From the NCBI GenBank assembly GCA_964247055.1, contig OZ176050.1, positions 10,044,001 through 10,108,000 on the forward strand: a stretch of 64,000 nt of DNA, given 5' to 3'. This DNA is from Paragordius varius. Taxonomy: Eukaryota > Animalia > Nematomorpha. The position numbers and the translations under genes were made by a program. This document shows positions 1 to 14,500 of the stretch, in pieces (positions within the stretch are counted from its first letter, which is position 1; each line of letters opens with the position of its first letter). The notes beneath the pieces were generated by a model that was not told the DNA's origin, searched no databases, and saw only the letters and a program-made list of their open reading frames with translations.

Positions 1-355
1 TTACTTTCATATGATTTATGTGGCTAAATTAATATTTGAATTGCATTATAGTGTATTTTTGTGAAACTTATTAGTAAGCAAATTCTGGCAATGATTTCTT
101 GATAAAGTTAAAGCCGTTTTACTTTATAATTTGAGAAGTCAAATTTATAAAAATTTATCAGCACTTGACTTTTATTTCAATAAGAGTTTAATATTTAACT
201 AAAATGCCACAACAAATTTTACTTAATTCATCACTTCTATGTAAGAATAACAATTTTTCCCTCAAAATCTTTCAAACCTTTAATCAAATTACTCAACTCT
301 TTAAAAATATGATTAAATAGGATATTTATAGAATAGTCAGTTTCTTTTTTATTAA

Positions 356-830
356 CGCTTCAATAACTTTTGGGGTATTTTATATCCCAGACCGATTTAA
401 AATTTGAATATCATAAAAAGTAAATCCGAATTTAAAAATATTCTTTCTTTAGTCTTTAGGCGTATTATAAAAAAATTGTTTGAAATAATCTATTGTAAAA
501 AAATCCTCATCTCAAACTTTCAAGCCGCCATTTTTTCTCTAAAATATTTTTAAATCTCTAATGCAACAGGCAAATAAGTGTACATTAAATTAACTTAAAA
601 AAGCTTTCACACTAAATACCAGCAAAAACATATTTTGATTCTAACATCAGCTGTTATCAATTGTGTTTTGGAGGTTTAGATTCTAGAAGTCACAAAACTG
701 TAAAAATAAGCTTTTTATCTCATACATGAGATCAATGTTTGAGAATTAAATTTTAACTAAAATACTTTCAAAACTATAGTTTATTTACAAAATTGAGCTC
801 TAAATCATAAAACTACCCCAAAATGTAAAC
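356..830. mobile_element. Diverged relative of the TTAA-flanked MITE family; right end not defined
   Basis: TTAA at 352-355 is followed by CGCTT..TTTGGGGTATTTTTATATCCCAGAC, resembling the left end of the 10124 and 42648 copies. Internal GCCGCCATTTTTT motif is shared. No clean right TIR. Confidence 0.3.
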
Positions 831-1153
831 AAGGGCCAAATGAAAAAGTAATGAATGTAAGATTCGTAAAAATAATATTTTTGGTGAGAAGGGTAATTTT
901 ATTCTTTTAGTCATACCCATCTGATTAAAAATATATTTTTAATTTTTTAAAAGCGTAGCTAAAGACTTGAATAAGTTTGCTTTGTTATTGATGCATATAT
1001 CAGCAAAAGCGCAATATCCAGGAATGTACCATGTTTATTCATATATATATATTCCTAAAAGTAAAAAACCATTTTTTATTTATAATAGTTGCATCTAATG
1101 TCCATTAAAAACATTAAAATCTATAAATTAATCAAACAAAATAATGTCATAAA

Positions 1154-4100
1154 TTATTTCCGGGATTTATGTTGTGTCATTACACCATAGGAAGAAACAC
1201 TAACATTAGTTGAACTCCCGTATGATGTGTTACTTTCGAATTCCCATTCTGTAGACGTGGTAGGCTGATTTCGTTTGTTAGATTTTCTTTTATTAGCATG
1301 ATTTGTTTTATTTTGATTTTTAGTTATGTGCCTTTTTGGCCTTGATTTCCGTGAACGGGTCTTATTTAGTTTTGCCGTTTTTTTCAAACACAAACTTTTT
1401 GTTCTTTCTTTTGATTTGGTTGTTTTAGATTTAGATTTAGGCTTAGGTTTTCTTTTAGATTTAGGCGATAGTTTTCTCTTTTTCTGATATCTAATATATT
1501 TTCTTGGTTTTACTGGTTTTTTAGCTTTTGGTTTTGATTTTAACCGTTTATTAGTGTGCTTTACTTTTTTTGTTGTTTTGTTATTCAAAGGAATTTTGCT
1601 ATGTGGCCTGCTATTTTTTATATTTTTGGGTTTTTTTGATTGGCCAATTATTATATGTTTAGTTGATTTGCTTTTATTGGTTTTTTGGCTCGATTTTTTT
1701 TGAAGACGTTTTAGTGAATTGTCATAATTATTAGACACATTTTTTCTTTTTCCTGGTTTCTGGCTTGTTTCGTTAGATTTAAAAGGTTTTTTCAATATTC
1801 TACTCTTTCCAGATTTAGACGTTGTTTCGGTTGATTGGCTTGATGTAGGATATGCAATTTTTTTGACTTTAGCATTACTCTTTGTGTTTGTTTTAGATTT
1901 TACTTTAGTTTTTGTGGTTTTCGTTGGTACTATGTTGAAATTAGTATTATTGGCCATATCAAATTTAAATGTTTTACCTTGCTTACCAGTTTTTTTAGAG
2001 TTACTTTGAGATTGAGAAGATGTCATCGTAGCTTGGCGTGCAATATCTATATCATGGACAGAAACTAAGGTATATGTCGCTGGAATTTTACATTGAATAT
2101 TATTTGGTTGTTGGATTAAGAATGGTTGCGCATATGCTGTGGGAAGGTCCTTGATAAATTTTGCATTCAATATATTTTGTTTATCAAACTTTTGCCTATC
2201 ATTATCTGATTTTTCGCTTTGTATGCTGGTTGCAGATAATTGTATAGTTGGAACTGTATATACCAAGGATTCCGTAGAAAAATTATTTTGCGGAATATAT
2301 GAGTTCAATGACTCGTTTTTATGGTGGTCAGTCTGCAAAAAGTTTTGTTTAGAACAAAGAGCACAATTGGATGATTTCTGCTCAACGAATGCTACAAGGT
2401 TAGAAATAATTTGGGGTACATCATCATGGATAACAGTTTCCTTACTTGTTTCCTTGACATCTAAGGCGGCAAATTGTACATCAGGCGGCATTGCATTTGA
2501 TGAAGTATCACTAAGAGTTTTATCCAAAGTCAATGATATTTGGCATACATTATCTTGTTTACTAATAATATCTCTGATAGTATCTGTCACTTCCAATGTA
2601 ATAGATGATTTTTGCTTTTCCAGAGTTGTATTCGATGCGTGGTCATCATATTGAGAGAAAAGATTGTTCATATTTGGTATCTCAATTTTTTGAGTTTGGG
2701 CCAAGGTTTCCGTGTAAGACATTTGTATTGAAGGGCTTAGTTGCAATGAAGGCGACATTAGTTCCGTATTTTGAGTTTCATAAGGTAGCAAAATAGCTTC
2801 GAGTGCATTCGATTGATCGCTTTTTTGAGCTGTGGGAGAAGTTAGCGTTTTATCACTTATTCTCTCGTTGTTAGTATTAGAAATTATTGTTTGGTTTACA
2901 TCAAAAAGGGGTGAGTATTTTCTTTTATGATGAAGTTCATAATCGACAGACATTGCAGTTGTAGTCATATCATTCATTGGTGAGGGTAAATCGTCCCGCG
3001 TATGTTTGTCCCTCAAAAGTTGCACTGAATCTTTTGGAACCTTTTTGGGCAATACATCAAGGGTAGTCATGTCTAATGGCGAATTAATATCTTGTCCTTC
3101 AGAAGATTCATGCGGTGAATTGTGCGGACTTTCCTTCAATATACCTTGGAGAAATGTGGTGGTATTTTCATCAAATCTAAATTGTTTGGGGATGTGCTTT
3201 CGGTTTTCCTTTACATTTTCCTTCGCAACTATTTTTGTGTTTAAATTTTCAGTGGATTTATTTACATCTATAAGGACAGGTTTGTCAAAATTATCGATTG
3301 CTTTCTTATTTGTTTCCGACACTATACCTGAAGGTGCAGATAAACTCGACGGAATTAAAGGCTGAGAATATGTGTTGATATTTATAGTCATGCATGGGTT
3401 GATGGTGGAAGGTATGACCACATTATTAGCGTCACATTTTAAGCGTTTAACTTGAGGGAACATCTCTAATAATTTATCCTTGTTGGGTGATATTATGTTT
3501 GCATCAATGGGCGGACTAACAGGAAATATTGAAATATCATTAAACGATTCAATAATGTTTTTGGCAGCACTGAGAATAATTGTCGGAGTGTCGGAAGTAG
3601 TAGGCATAACATTGGTATTAACATTATTATGAACAACAGGTAATATTGTTTCCATTTGTATTAAATTAACGTTTTTGGAATCATAAGCTTTAAAGTCAAG
3701 AGAGTTTGGTTTGTCCTCCCACAAATGCTTTTTATTTGAATTGTCATTTTTTACAAGCTCAGAAATAACTTCTTTATCAACCCGGTCAACATTCATTTTC
3801 AGCTCATTCGTATCTGTGTTTTTATTATTTAGTTCTTGTTTAAAAGCTCTGATTCGCTCTTTGAGATCGTTTAAATTCTCGTAATCATCCAGGAATTTCT
3901 CGATTATTTTGCGTCTCTCAACAATATCCAAATGATCTTGTATATTTTTTGGTTTTACAGGAAAATCTGACAACCTTCGTTTTTGATATTCTACACGTTC
4001 CTGAAAATCGTCAAACTGCATTTTCTCCATTTCCTCGTTTACTAGTCGCTTCTCAATTTCGCCCGTTAATTGGTTTAACAAAGTTTTAACATCCACATTA

Positions 4101-5950
4101 TCGTTCACATTTTTATTTAAAAATGTGTCAAGATCGTATTTTTCGAGGTTACTGCATTCATCATTTATTTTGCTACTTGTCTCTTGCTCCTTTCGAACAG
4201 GGGATTGAATGTCTACATTTTCATTTTGTTGATTTTTAATGTTTTTTAGAGGCGAGGTCACTTCTTGAAGACAAATTGGATATTTGTCCTCAGTTGAATT
4301 AATGTTTAAAGAATTTATTGTTTGAGTTTCTTTCGTTTCACTTTTTTGATGATTTTCATCAATCACAATTGGTAAATACTTTAAGTTTTGTGGCATATCA
4401 ACTAATTTTTTTTGTTCAATATTTTCAAGAGCTAAGGATCTACTTTGATTGCAAAGAGCTTTTAATTGATCAAAAAAATCAACAATATACGGTAGAGTTT
4501 GACTAGAAGATTCCATATTGCTGCCGGATTGTAAATGCGTAGTATTTATTTCTTTACTATCCGTAATATATTTAATAACTGTCGTAAGTTCTTTTAGTAT
4601 AATCGGTTCTTGATTTGTGGGTGTGACTGGAAGGTCGGTGTTCTTGTTCAATTCATTTAGACTTGTTAATTCAGTTAATTGTTTTTCGATTTTATTAAGC
4701 TTCGTCATGGTTTCTACTGATGAACTTGATTTCAAGACAGGACGTATGGTTATAGAATCTTTCAACGATATATAGTTGTCATTTAATTCATTTATGCTAA
4801 TTGTAAGGTTTTTGAGGTCTTCGATGACATGAGAATATTGCTTTTCTAAAGAACCTATATCATTGCATTTGTTAACACAATCACTTATTTGAACGGATAT
4901 TGTGTTAAACTTTTCTTGACCAGCCACCAAATTACATTTAAAATTATCCATTTGTTCGGAAAAAGTATTTGTAAGTTTATCCAATGAAGATTTAAATAGC
5001 TCGTTAATATTTTCAGATTGTTTTACATTCATTTCTATTAGATCACCTTTTATAGAGTTTTTTTGTGCAGAGTTTTCTACCGTACTTTTAATTTCTTTTA
5101 GATCCTGGTTTAGAGATTTAATCTTATCGGCCAATAATTTTAATGTTAAGACAATATCCTGTAAAAATGATGAATTGACATTCTCATTTTCAGGCGAAAT
5201 AAAATGGATGTGGCTACAATTATCCTCCGAGACCTAGAAAAAAATAACAAAAGGCGTTCTTTCATTCCGTTAAAAATCCTTTTTCCAATAAAAAATTATT
5301 CACAAATAAAATAAAACCTTTGTTTTGCTGCTTTCTTTGACTATTTCTAAGTTTGGGGATAAATTATGGTTGACAGCTGAATTTTTTTTTAGAAAAGTCG
5401 AAAATAATTTATAACAATGTTTGATTAAATCCTTTATTTGTTCACTAACACGATCGGTATGTATGATAGCCTGGTAAAAAGAGCCAATTAAATTTTCTAT
5501 ACTACGATTTGTGATTGGTTCTGTTTCCAATGAATTATGTGCTGAGTCGCTAGTTGAGGATGTAATCTGAGAAGACATAGAATCTGTAGGAAATTGAACA
5601 GAACTGCTTAACACTGTTAATGTTACAATAAATATGCAGAAGGCATCCTCTTTCAATGATTCACAATCTAACGAATACAAAGTGGGTGTAATTGGGAGAT
5701 GTGATATCCATCCCCAAGGTAAAATATCTTGAATCAGGACAAAATTTATGATTTGAAGTGACACATCGCACAAACATTCGAAAAGAATACTTGGAAGAAT
5801 AATATATTGTGATCCAGTTAGTATAAATTCTTTCAGGATATTAGAGATTTGTTTGGGTATAAAGGCTGTATCTATCATAAGTTTGCAAACGTCAACTAAT
5901 ACGGTGTAACATTTTTTTGCGATAATGTAAGAAGGCAGGTAATTATCCAT
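1154..5950 (-). CDS. Orphan ~1570-aa protein with predicted coiled-coil segments, long S/T/N/Q low-complexity middle and a ~280-aa Lys/Arg/Ser-rich basic C-terminal tail. Two exons: 5950-5318 and 5233-1154
   Basis: The ORFs 5300..6010 and 1154..5134 join in frame through an 84-nt intron (5317-5234, AAG|GTTTTA...TTCTAG|GTC), giving ...SKTK|VSEDNC...LLADKIK. First ATG is at 5950 and an upstream exon cannot be excluded. I recognise no domain. Confidence 0.7.
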
Positions 5951-6929
5951 GCCTATTTTTATATTTTTACTTAATTTAAATTTGTTATAATTAAAATGTT
6001 CACGTAACAATCAAATGGTGTAACAAAATTGTGGTTAAATTATAACGCATTAATATGTATACTATTTTGAATAATTGGACCTACAAAAGTAAAGATAAAC
6101 TAAGGTTTCCCGATAAGCATTTTATTACCGTGACTGCGCTTATAAAAATAATCAGTACTATTTCGAATATTTTATCAAGGAATATATAAAATAATGGTAA
6201 AAAATTTAATAAAAAAAATGCCAAATTAAAAAAATCACTTTTAATTTGTTTTTCCTCATTATAACTAAAAAAAATTTCGATGTCACTCAAGGACTAAATA
6301 AGATGCCAGGCCGACAGATCACACCAACTTTAGGCGTTATAAATTAATGGCTAGTAATAATATAAATTAAATACTTTGGTTTAACCATTTTTTTCACTTA
6401 TACTCTAAAATATAATTTAAAAAGATACTAAAAGCGACATCTGTGGCTTTTGTTGCCTGTGAGTTACTACCATTGGCGGCATCGGGTGCACGAATCCTTG
6501 TTTTAGGTGCCACATAAAAAATAACCTCGAATCAAACTAGAAAAATCTTATAGCGCCTCTTAAATTATAGAGAACATAAATGTACATTTTTTTACCTTAG
6601 CGTAACGCTCATGCATGTTAGTTTTCGGCTTAGTAAAAATCGAATGGTTTAAAGCACATGCGAAAAAGAATAATTGTGCAAAAATATTTATATCAGATAT
6701 GTCTTACTATTCGGGCCGAGTTCATTTTTAGACGGTGGGCCTTTTTTTAAATTAAATTTTATTAGCAGGCCGCACATTAAATGTAACTTTTATAGTTGTG
6801 ACAACAAATCAATTTTTCCCCAGTATTACGTTAACGCTACCAAATACACTATTAAATTAAATATCCATTTGTATTTGTTGTTTTCACCAATTAAACTGCA
6901 TCAAAAATCGGGCATTATATAAATTAAGT

Positions 6930-6933
<4 letters not shown>

Positions 6934-6962
<29 letters not shown>
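6934..6962. repeat. (TA)n microsatellite. Similar tracts at ~24178-24207, 40132-40163 (TA then TG), 42470-42510, 48610-48690, 51205-51230, 61930-61963, 62355-62391
   Basis: Dinucleotide runs directly visible in the sequence. Confidence 0.9.
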
Positions 6963-6965
<3 letters not shown>

Positions 6966-6999
6966 TGTTAGAAATATATCAGAATTATCATGGTGTTTG

Positions 7000-7095
7000 G
7001 CTTTGGCCCTTACGAGTGATTTAATGAGGTTATTTACACTTTTATGGTGAGTGTTCCATATCAAAAAATGGCAAAATTTGGGCCCATTTTTTAAA
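7000..7095. repeat. Dispersed repeat segment shared with ~43770-43860
   Basis: TTGGCCCTTACGAGT...CCATATCAAAAAATGGCAAAATTTGGGCCCATT here versus TTGAGCCTTACGAGT...CCATATCAGTAAATGGCAAAATTTGCGCACATT at ~43770. Confidence 0.45.
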
Positions 7096-10000
7096 TACAT
7101 TTTTTTGATGAAATCTAATTGCTTCATTTCAAAAAACATCACTAAAAGATATCATAAATTGCATATTAAAAAATAATATTTATTTTTAATTTAATATTTA
7201 GATGTGGCTCATAAAGTCTGATTATCTCTAGCTCATGTAAATGGGTTAGTTTATAAAATAAACGCAAATTGCTATTGAATGTTAAAAATTTAAATATAAG
7301 CATTTTGATATCTAATATGAAAAAAATGCATACTTTTTTCAAAAATTTAATTTTTATCAAAATTTTGTTGAAACCTACCTCATACTATTTTGAGGCATGA
7401 TAACGGTATAAAAACGTTTTAAAATATTACAAAACCACTTTTTTTTATATAATTCGATGTTAAACATTTATATTACCTCAGAATTATAATATAATGTTAT
7501 TTGCTTTTAAATTTTGGTGAATTTTTGTAAAAAACACAATTTATATATATTAGTTTGATGGCTAACGAATAGTTTAATAAAAATTTTAGGTATATGCCAA
7601 TCGAAGCAAAATATTAAGGTAGGATTTAAAGAGCATTAATAAAAATTCAGCTATGTTTTTCCATTGCGTGGATAACAAACATGAGTGCTCTTTAGCCATC
7701 GGAAGTAAGTACAAGTTAATGTTAACAAAGGAGGCGCTCTTTATACAGAGTTCAAAAAATAGTTTACTCAATCGACCTGAAGAAAGGAAAGCATAAACAC
7801 ACAAACCAAATCATTTATAAAAAATTTTCACATTTTTAATCATAAACCGCTATACAGTTAAAATATTACGTGATTTTTCATAATTTTACTATTATTTTGT
7901 TTGGTTGTTTTAATTACATGAATATCATTGGGTGGAGTGAATATAAAAAAGGAAACCCTGTTTCCTTATCTTTTTTAAGAGATTCCTTAGTTTGGAGAGA
8001 ATAAAAAGCTAAGGCCCTAAAATAATTTACATTAGATTTTTAAGGTATTTGGTTTCTAAATAAAAAAAATTATCAAAGGAAACCCTACATATTTAGGATG
8101 CTAAATACCATCCTTAAAAATTTATAAATTTTATTACAATTGATAGTAGAGGATCAAACAAGGCAATTAGAGCTGATAGGGTTTTGATATTAGATTCAAT
8201 AAGTTTAAAATTTCAAGCTTCAAAGTTTATATATTTTAGATTTTTCTAGTATATTTGGAATACAGTGTAGAAATTAAATGTTTGTTATACGATCTTTGAT
8301 AAGAACCATTATTATAAAATAACAGTTTCTTTGTGATTTTTCCTACATAAGTAGGCTCAATGATTTTATATTTTATAATTTAATTTTTATACATGTATAT
8401 ATATATATCTTAATTTCTCCTGATGATGCCACTGGCCATAATTTGAGTCCAATAAATTATATTTTATTTTTACGTTATTTTACGACGATTTCCTATTCGT
8501 TTACTACATAAACCCTCGTCGTTACCTACTCAATTAAACGTATGTTGTTTTGCCAATTAGTATCTAATTTATTTCGTCCAAATAGAAATAAGTAATTGTC
8601 CAATTATATACTATATTAATTATTCAAAAGCTGCTCTTTATTTCAGTTATTGATAAATTTTAAATTGACAAAATTTATTATTGCAAAATTTTTAATTTAA
8701 TGAGTGTGGCGCTATATACAGGACTCAATTTTAAGATTCATATAAAATTCAAACTTCCATTATTAATTTTATATTGACACATATGCCTTCAAAATTATAG
8801 CTTCAATGACAGGATATACATTTTTATCGAATAAAACAATGATAATAAAGGTCATTTTGAAAATTTACCTTTATGAGAATAACGAAGTTTAACTATACAA
8901 AAAATGCGCATTCCAGAAATTTGAGATCTATTGCGAGATATGAATTTTTAATATATGGTACAAAAACACCTTCAATAATACAAGATTTAGAAAATGTTTA
9001 TTAAAGTGTAGGTTGTTTATAACATGCCGGAAAAACTTGAAACAAAATACATTTTAAAATTAGATGTTTTAGAAAATTATAGTATGAAACTGGATTTTTG
9101 AGGGGACATAATTATTCGACTGGAAGTAACAACTCAAAGTTCCTAAATCTTCGTTGAAAACAATTACAAAAAAAAATATATATAGTTATGTGTTTATAAT
9201 TTGAACTAGTCTGGATAAATTAAAATATAATACTAGCTGTGCTTTGTGAGCTATAATAGAATGTATTTTAGTTGATTTCCGGTATATACTACAGATATTT
9301 TAAATCTATAATTTTGTATTTTATTAACTTCATCCAAAAAAAGAATTTTTTTATTAGATTTCACAGTGAGAGAAATCTTTATAGTCGTTTTATAAAATAT
9401 TAAAGGGTTTTTATAACGTATCCGCCATTTAATTATCATAAATTATACTATTCAACAAAATTTGCCACCTTTAGATATAATCTTTTTTCAACTATATCTT
9501 ATTATGTCATTCATATAGTAAAATAGTTATCATGCAATATAGGCAATTTTGCGTTATATAAAAAACTAACTCATTTTAAAGGGGTACAAAAATTTGATAT
9601 TTTTTATGTCTACATCTTTAAATGATATAAATATTTCATTTCATAGAAATATTTACCAATATTTTTGGAATAAAGCAACTAGCTTTTACCAAAAATTATA
9701 ACAGAATGTGTGCGTTAATTTCAGATTTTTCAATGTGAGAATTTGTCACAAAAATGGAAAATTTTCTAAAGGATTCTTAAGACCAAAGCAAAAGTAAATA
9801 TGAGAATCCAGATACATTTTACTATCAATACATATGAATTTTATAAGGATATATAATACCCTACACTGCGTATGTTAAAAATTATATAGTAATGCACATT
9901 TACACATTAGCATGTGAAAGACAAATTATGTCCATAATTGAATTAAATTTTATGTTGTAAGATAATTTTTTTTTAATCATTTGTAGTTTCTAATCATAAG

Positions 10001-10123
10001 CTACCGTATTATCAAATAGAAAATATGGTGATTTGGCTAACATAAATTGCGTACTGTAATTACCTAGACTTACTCGGCATGAGACGCCGAACTCCATCAC
10101 TTCCATCTGCAAGACTTTTTTAA

Positions 10124-10690
10124 CACTTCGATTCAAATTGGGGTATCTAAATACCCCAGACAAAATTAAAGTTAGGATTAAAAAATGGAACTGAAGGAAA
10201 CGGTCCGAATTTTAATTTATGCTTCTATCCTAAAAAAAATTATATAAATATGCCAAAATATCTAAATAAAATTTCGTTCTGTAAAAAACTTCTATGTCAA
10301 ACTTCTTGGACACCATTTTTATTTTACAAAATTTTTGCTATCGTCTTCAATTAATTTTAAGGGTAAAATTAAGGCTAATATATTATTTAAATTACATCTA
10401 ATATTGATAGTAATATAAAAAGCGGTTTATTTTCTATTATTTTTCAATTTTACCATTGCCATGTCACGTTGACTAAATTTTCACCTTTCGGTTTTAGCTT
10501 AAAATAAGTTATATCAAGTATTTTTGAATAAAATTTTTTATATATTTCGGTTTATTAATGCTATATAAGTGCAAAATTTTGCCATGGTTTCGTCCTTCCA
10601 TATTTTATAATGAATTAAATCAACAGGCCTGGGGTATTTAACAACCCAATTTGAATCGAGGGTCTAAAATGAATGCGTTGTATCCAAGTG
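10124..10690. mobile_element. Non-autonomous piggyBac-like MITE, copy 1 (567 bp)
   Basis: TTAA on both sides (10120-10123 and 10691-10694). Termini CACTT...AAGTG. Subterminal inverted TCGATTCAAATTGGG..AAATACCCCAG. Second copy at 42648-43154. TTAA TSD is the piggyBac hallmark. Confidence 0.75.
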
Positions 10691-11557
10691 TTAAGAAAAA
10701 GGGACTTTAAACGGACTTTTTTAGGAAAGGCTTAGTCACATTCGGCGCATTTATAAAAAAACCATATAGAAACCAAGCTCACATGCTTTAGCTTCAAAGT
10801 AAAACCCTATTTTCACAATGTATTGTAAAACTCAGGCGCTAATTTTACACATGATCTTTTTGGGTAGTTTTAAATCCTAGAACAATTTGAAATTTAAATA
10901 TCTCGAAAAGTATTAAAGATATGAGGCTGTTTTTAGCCTTTTAGGCAGGTAATATATTTTTAAAATGTAAAATTATAAAAAAATCATGATCTCTTACTTT
11001 TCATCTCCATTTTAAAATTTTTTAATCGCTAAAAGTATAGGCAAATAAATGTATATTATGGTAAAAAATGTATAAATCAACTTTGGTAAGCTTCAATTTT
11101 AATCTTAACGGTCAAAAATATTGATCTTAAAACAAGCTGTTTAGTTAAATCTTGGGAGCTGTCCCTTTAGATTTTAGAAGTTATTACTTTAGAAATATAA
11201 TTGTTTTTATCTAATACAGAAGAAAAATGTTTGATAATTAAATTTTAAAAAAATAAACCTTCAGTAGTATATTTATGAAATTGGACTCTAGGATATAAAA
11301 CTAACGTCAATATGTTATCGCGGTCAAAAAGTGTTTTTAGATAGTAGTTTTTGTAATTCTTCGCAGTTTTAACAATGTATACATCTTAAAAAAGTCTGAT
11401 AATGACAGGTAAAGTATATTTTTTGGTTTAAAAATGTTTTCGTTTTAAAAATATATATTTAACAAATATTATATATTTTAAAATTTTGAACGAAAGACGA
11501 ATATTGCCATAAATTCATTTGCGCCATTTTATGCTTTCCAGCTTGGGGTACCCTCGT

Positions 11558-14500
11558 ATGTCTGATCTTGATTTCGTGGACGAGCTTCTTGATGAACCTT
11601 GCGAATTTAATTTACCACCGACTAAAAAAAGAACTCTGAATGACATTCGGCAGAGTCTTCTAGCAAAAACCACCAAGTTGCGTAAAAATGGGCAACACGA
11701 AGAAATACTGATCGAGGACGACGATGAAGACGACAGTAATCCACTTTGTATAATTTTAGTTTTTATTTTAACTCCTCCCGATCCAAATCCATATGAATAT
11801 ATACGGTTAGATCCCACATCTATAGAGCTGGTAAATATAGTTGAACAATTACCTTTTAATGGCAGGATTTTATGTGAAAAACAATTGATTGAAGTGTTAT
11901 GCCATTCAAGCGATTGCTTTTTTAGCACACCACGACTTTGGTATAAAAACTTTGAATTATTAAAAAAGCAACATGAGGAAGTCCTGAATAATATAACGGA
12001 TTTTAATTCCTGGGTTGTTTTACTACAATACAGCGAATGCCAGGTATAAATTATATTTTTTTACATATAGCTCCGAAATCCACAAATTATTAGTGAAAAC
12101 AAACAACAGGTTAAATTTTTATTAATAATATATAGATGGCCCTAAATTTGATGCGAAATTCATTTCATGAATTTCTCAAAAGATATCCCTATTGTTATGG
12201 ATACTGGAAAAATTATGCAGATATAGAATTACGATTTGGTGATTTGGATAATGTCTTTAAAGTAATTACTATTAATAAATTATATGCAAATCTATCCTCA
12301 AATATATCCACAAATCTTATAGTAGCTAATAACCTCCATATTTCTTGCCTTAAGTTACTTTCAAATCTCTTTAACATGTCAACTGGTTTACATAATTAGT
12401 ATAAAAACATAAAAAAACCTTTTTTAGATTTATCAGAATGCATTGCGCGCATTCCCCAACAGTGTCGATTTGTGGATTTTTTATTTGAATTTTATCATCG
12501 AACGATCTGCCGCTGAAAATTGTAACCCTATTTTACCACCCGTAATTACAGAACATCAATGGTCTAATGAACAAGTTGACAAGTAAATGTCACATAATAA
12601 TATTTTAGCTATCCAAAATAATGGTTTAATTCGGGTAAAATCACAAATGATTTTGATTATATTAACTATGACATACTTTTTAATATTTTGTAATTTACTC
12701 GAATTAAGTATATAAAAATCACGTTATTTAGCAAATCGTCTGCCATGACAACTTCGGGATTTTTAACATTCGCGATCCAAAAAAATTAATAATGTACTTT
12801 TAAAAATCATATTACACAATAATCTCAAGATTATTTATCATATTTATAATACTCTATATGTTTATTAGAAAAAAATACACTTTAAAAATGGGATCTGACT
12901 CAAATTAGATTTTTACGGTTTCCTACTATATTTAAATTTTCTCAAAATAAAGTATTACAGCATTACAATATTATCAAATCTGGCCAACAGGCTTTTAAGT
13001 TAATAGTTATCATTTTTTTCGTTATACTTGATTTGTTTGAATAAAGAAAAACGGTTTTGTAGATAATCATAGCAAATAAAGTAGGTGGGTAAAGAAAGCC
13101 CGGCCGCTGCAAAATGCTCTAAAAATTTTGGGCAAAAAGTATTTATCATTACCAAAAAAATTACTTACTTGCTAAATTGTAAAGTGGCGCATATCAAAAC
13201 GCTTTAGACTGACAATTTGGCCACACATGACAAATATTTTATGATAATGATCTGTCAGTTATGCCTTTGACGCCTTATAATTACCCATTCAATTTATAAT
13301 AACCCATTTATAATACAAATTATGTTTTAAAGTTTTAAATTAATGTGTTTAATCCCAAATTTAATATTAGCCAACTTTGTTATTTTTTCGGTATATCATC
13401 CTATTTAATTCTGTCACGCTTGATCTTTAATGAGTCATTGTATTAATTCATTTATTAAAGTAATATATGGTTACTATATTTAAGCAGAAAGATGAGAAAG
13501 AAGCATTTTAAGACTTTTTTGGTTGACTTACATCCACAGATGGATTGATTGATTCGTAGTTTTTTTTTAAAAATTTACGGCATACCGAATTAAGTATTTT
13601 CTCTACCTGGTACAAGACGTTTTAGGACATATAGTTTATGAAAATAAATTTTAAATTTATTTCACCACGATCAACAGCCACATATGTGGCAAGTATAATG
13701 AATATAATATATTCTTATTTTACATTAAAATTAGTTTGTATCAATACATTATGTGTTTTTCACTCAATACTTTAAAAATGAAAAATTAAATAAAGTTAAA
13801 AAGACGATATTTTTTTATTGCGGCATAGGATTAAAATAATTTAAAATCATTTATACATAACAACAATTGTCTTAAAGCATGTTGATCATGCTATGTTACA
13901 CAACTTAATGTAATAAAAACGGTTTTTTCCCATAACATAGAAAAAGGCAGTAGCTTTGCCATATAAATATTTTTGTTCTTACATTTATGCTGGTAATGTG
14001 GTTTGATAGTTTTTATCAAAAACTTTGACCACAGATTTTCTACGATATGTAATTTGTTGGTTCGTAATATTTATTCCATGGATTTTTTTAGCCTGTTCAA
14101 ACAAGCTGTTGGCAAAATTGGGTCTGATTTTAAATCTGAGCCATTTTGGGATTTATTCATTTCGTGGGAAATGAAGCATGGATCCATGAAAAATGTCACT
14201 AAGATATACGACGATGTCCTGCGCCGACCTATTGCCGCTTACCGCTATTTCTTTGCAAAGTTTGTCATCAATACCTATATACATCCTTAAAACCATATAA
14301 AACATGCACATTTTTTTTACTGTTTAGATTTAAGAATCATATTGAGACAAACGATCTCCATAATATTTTGGATAGTTCTGAAATAGACTCTTTCATCCGA
14401 GACATGGGCTTAAACTCTACCTACATGGTATATTTGCTTTTTGTAATTGAATGTTCTTTTTAGCTATTGCTTATCCCCTCGTGATACATTTTTTTATTTT

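Noticed and set aside
2139-4506. Plus-strand ORFs 2139-2654, 2605-2796, 3006-3365, 4318-4506
   Set aside because: Antisense shadows of the long minus-strand exon, with no motifs.
7586-7804. Minus-strand 72-aa ORF preceded by a good polypyrimidine acceptor (TTTCCTTTCTTCAG)
   Set aside because: No recognisable homology and no in-phase donor linking it to the orphan gene. Could be a UTR or non-coding exon, but unsupported.
11515-11928. Minus-strand 137-aa ORF, and likewise 15682-15903, 30217-30837, 37413-37634, 53883-54217
   Set aside because: Antisense or alternative-frame shadows of PRPF39, RSF1 and Dmbx exons.
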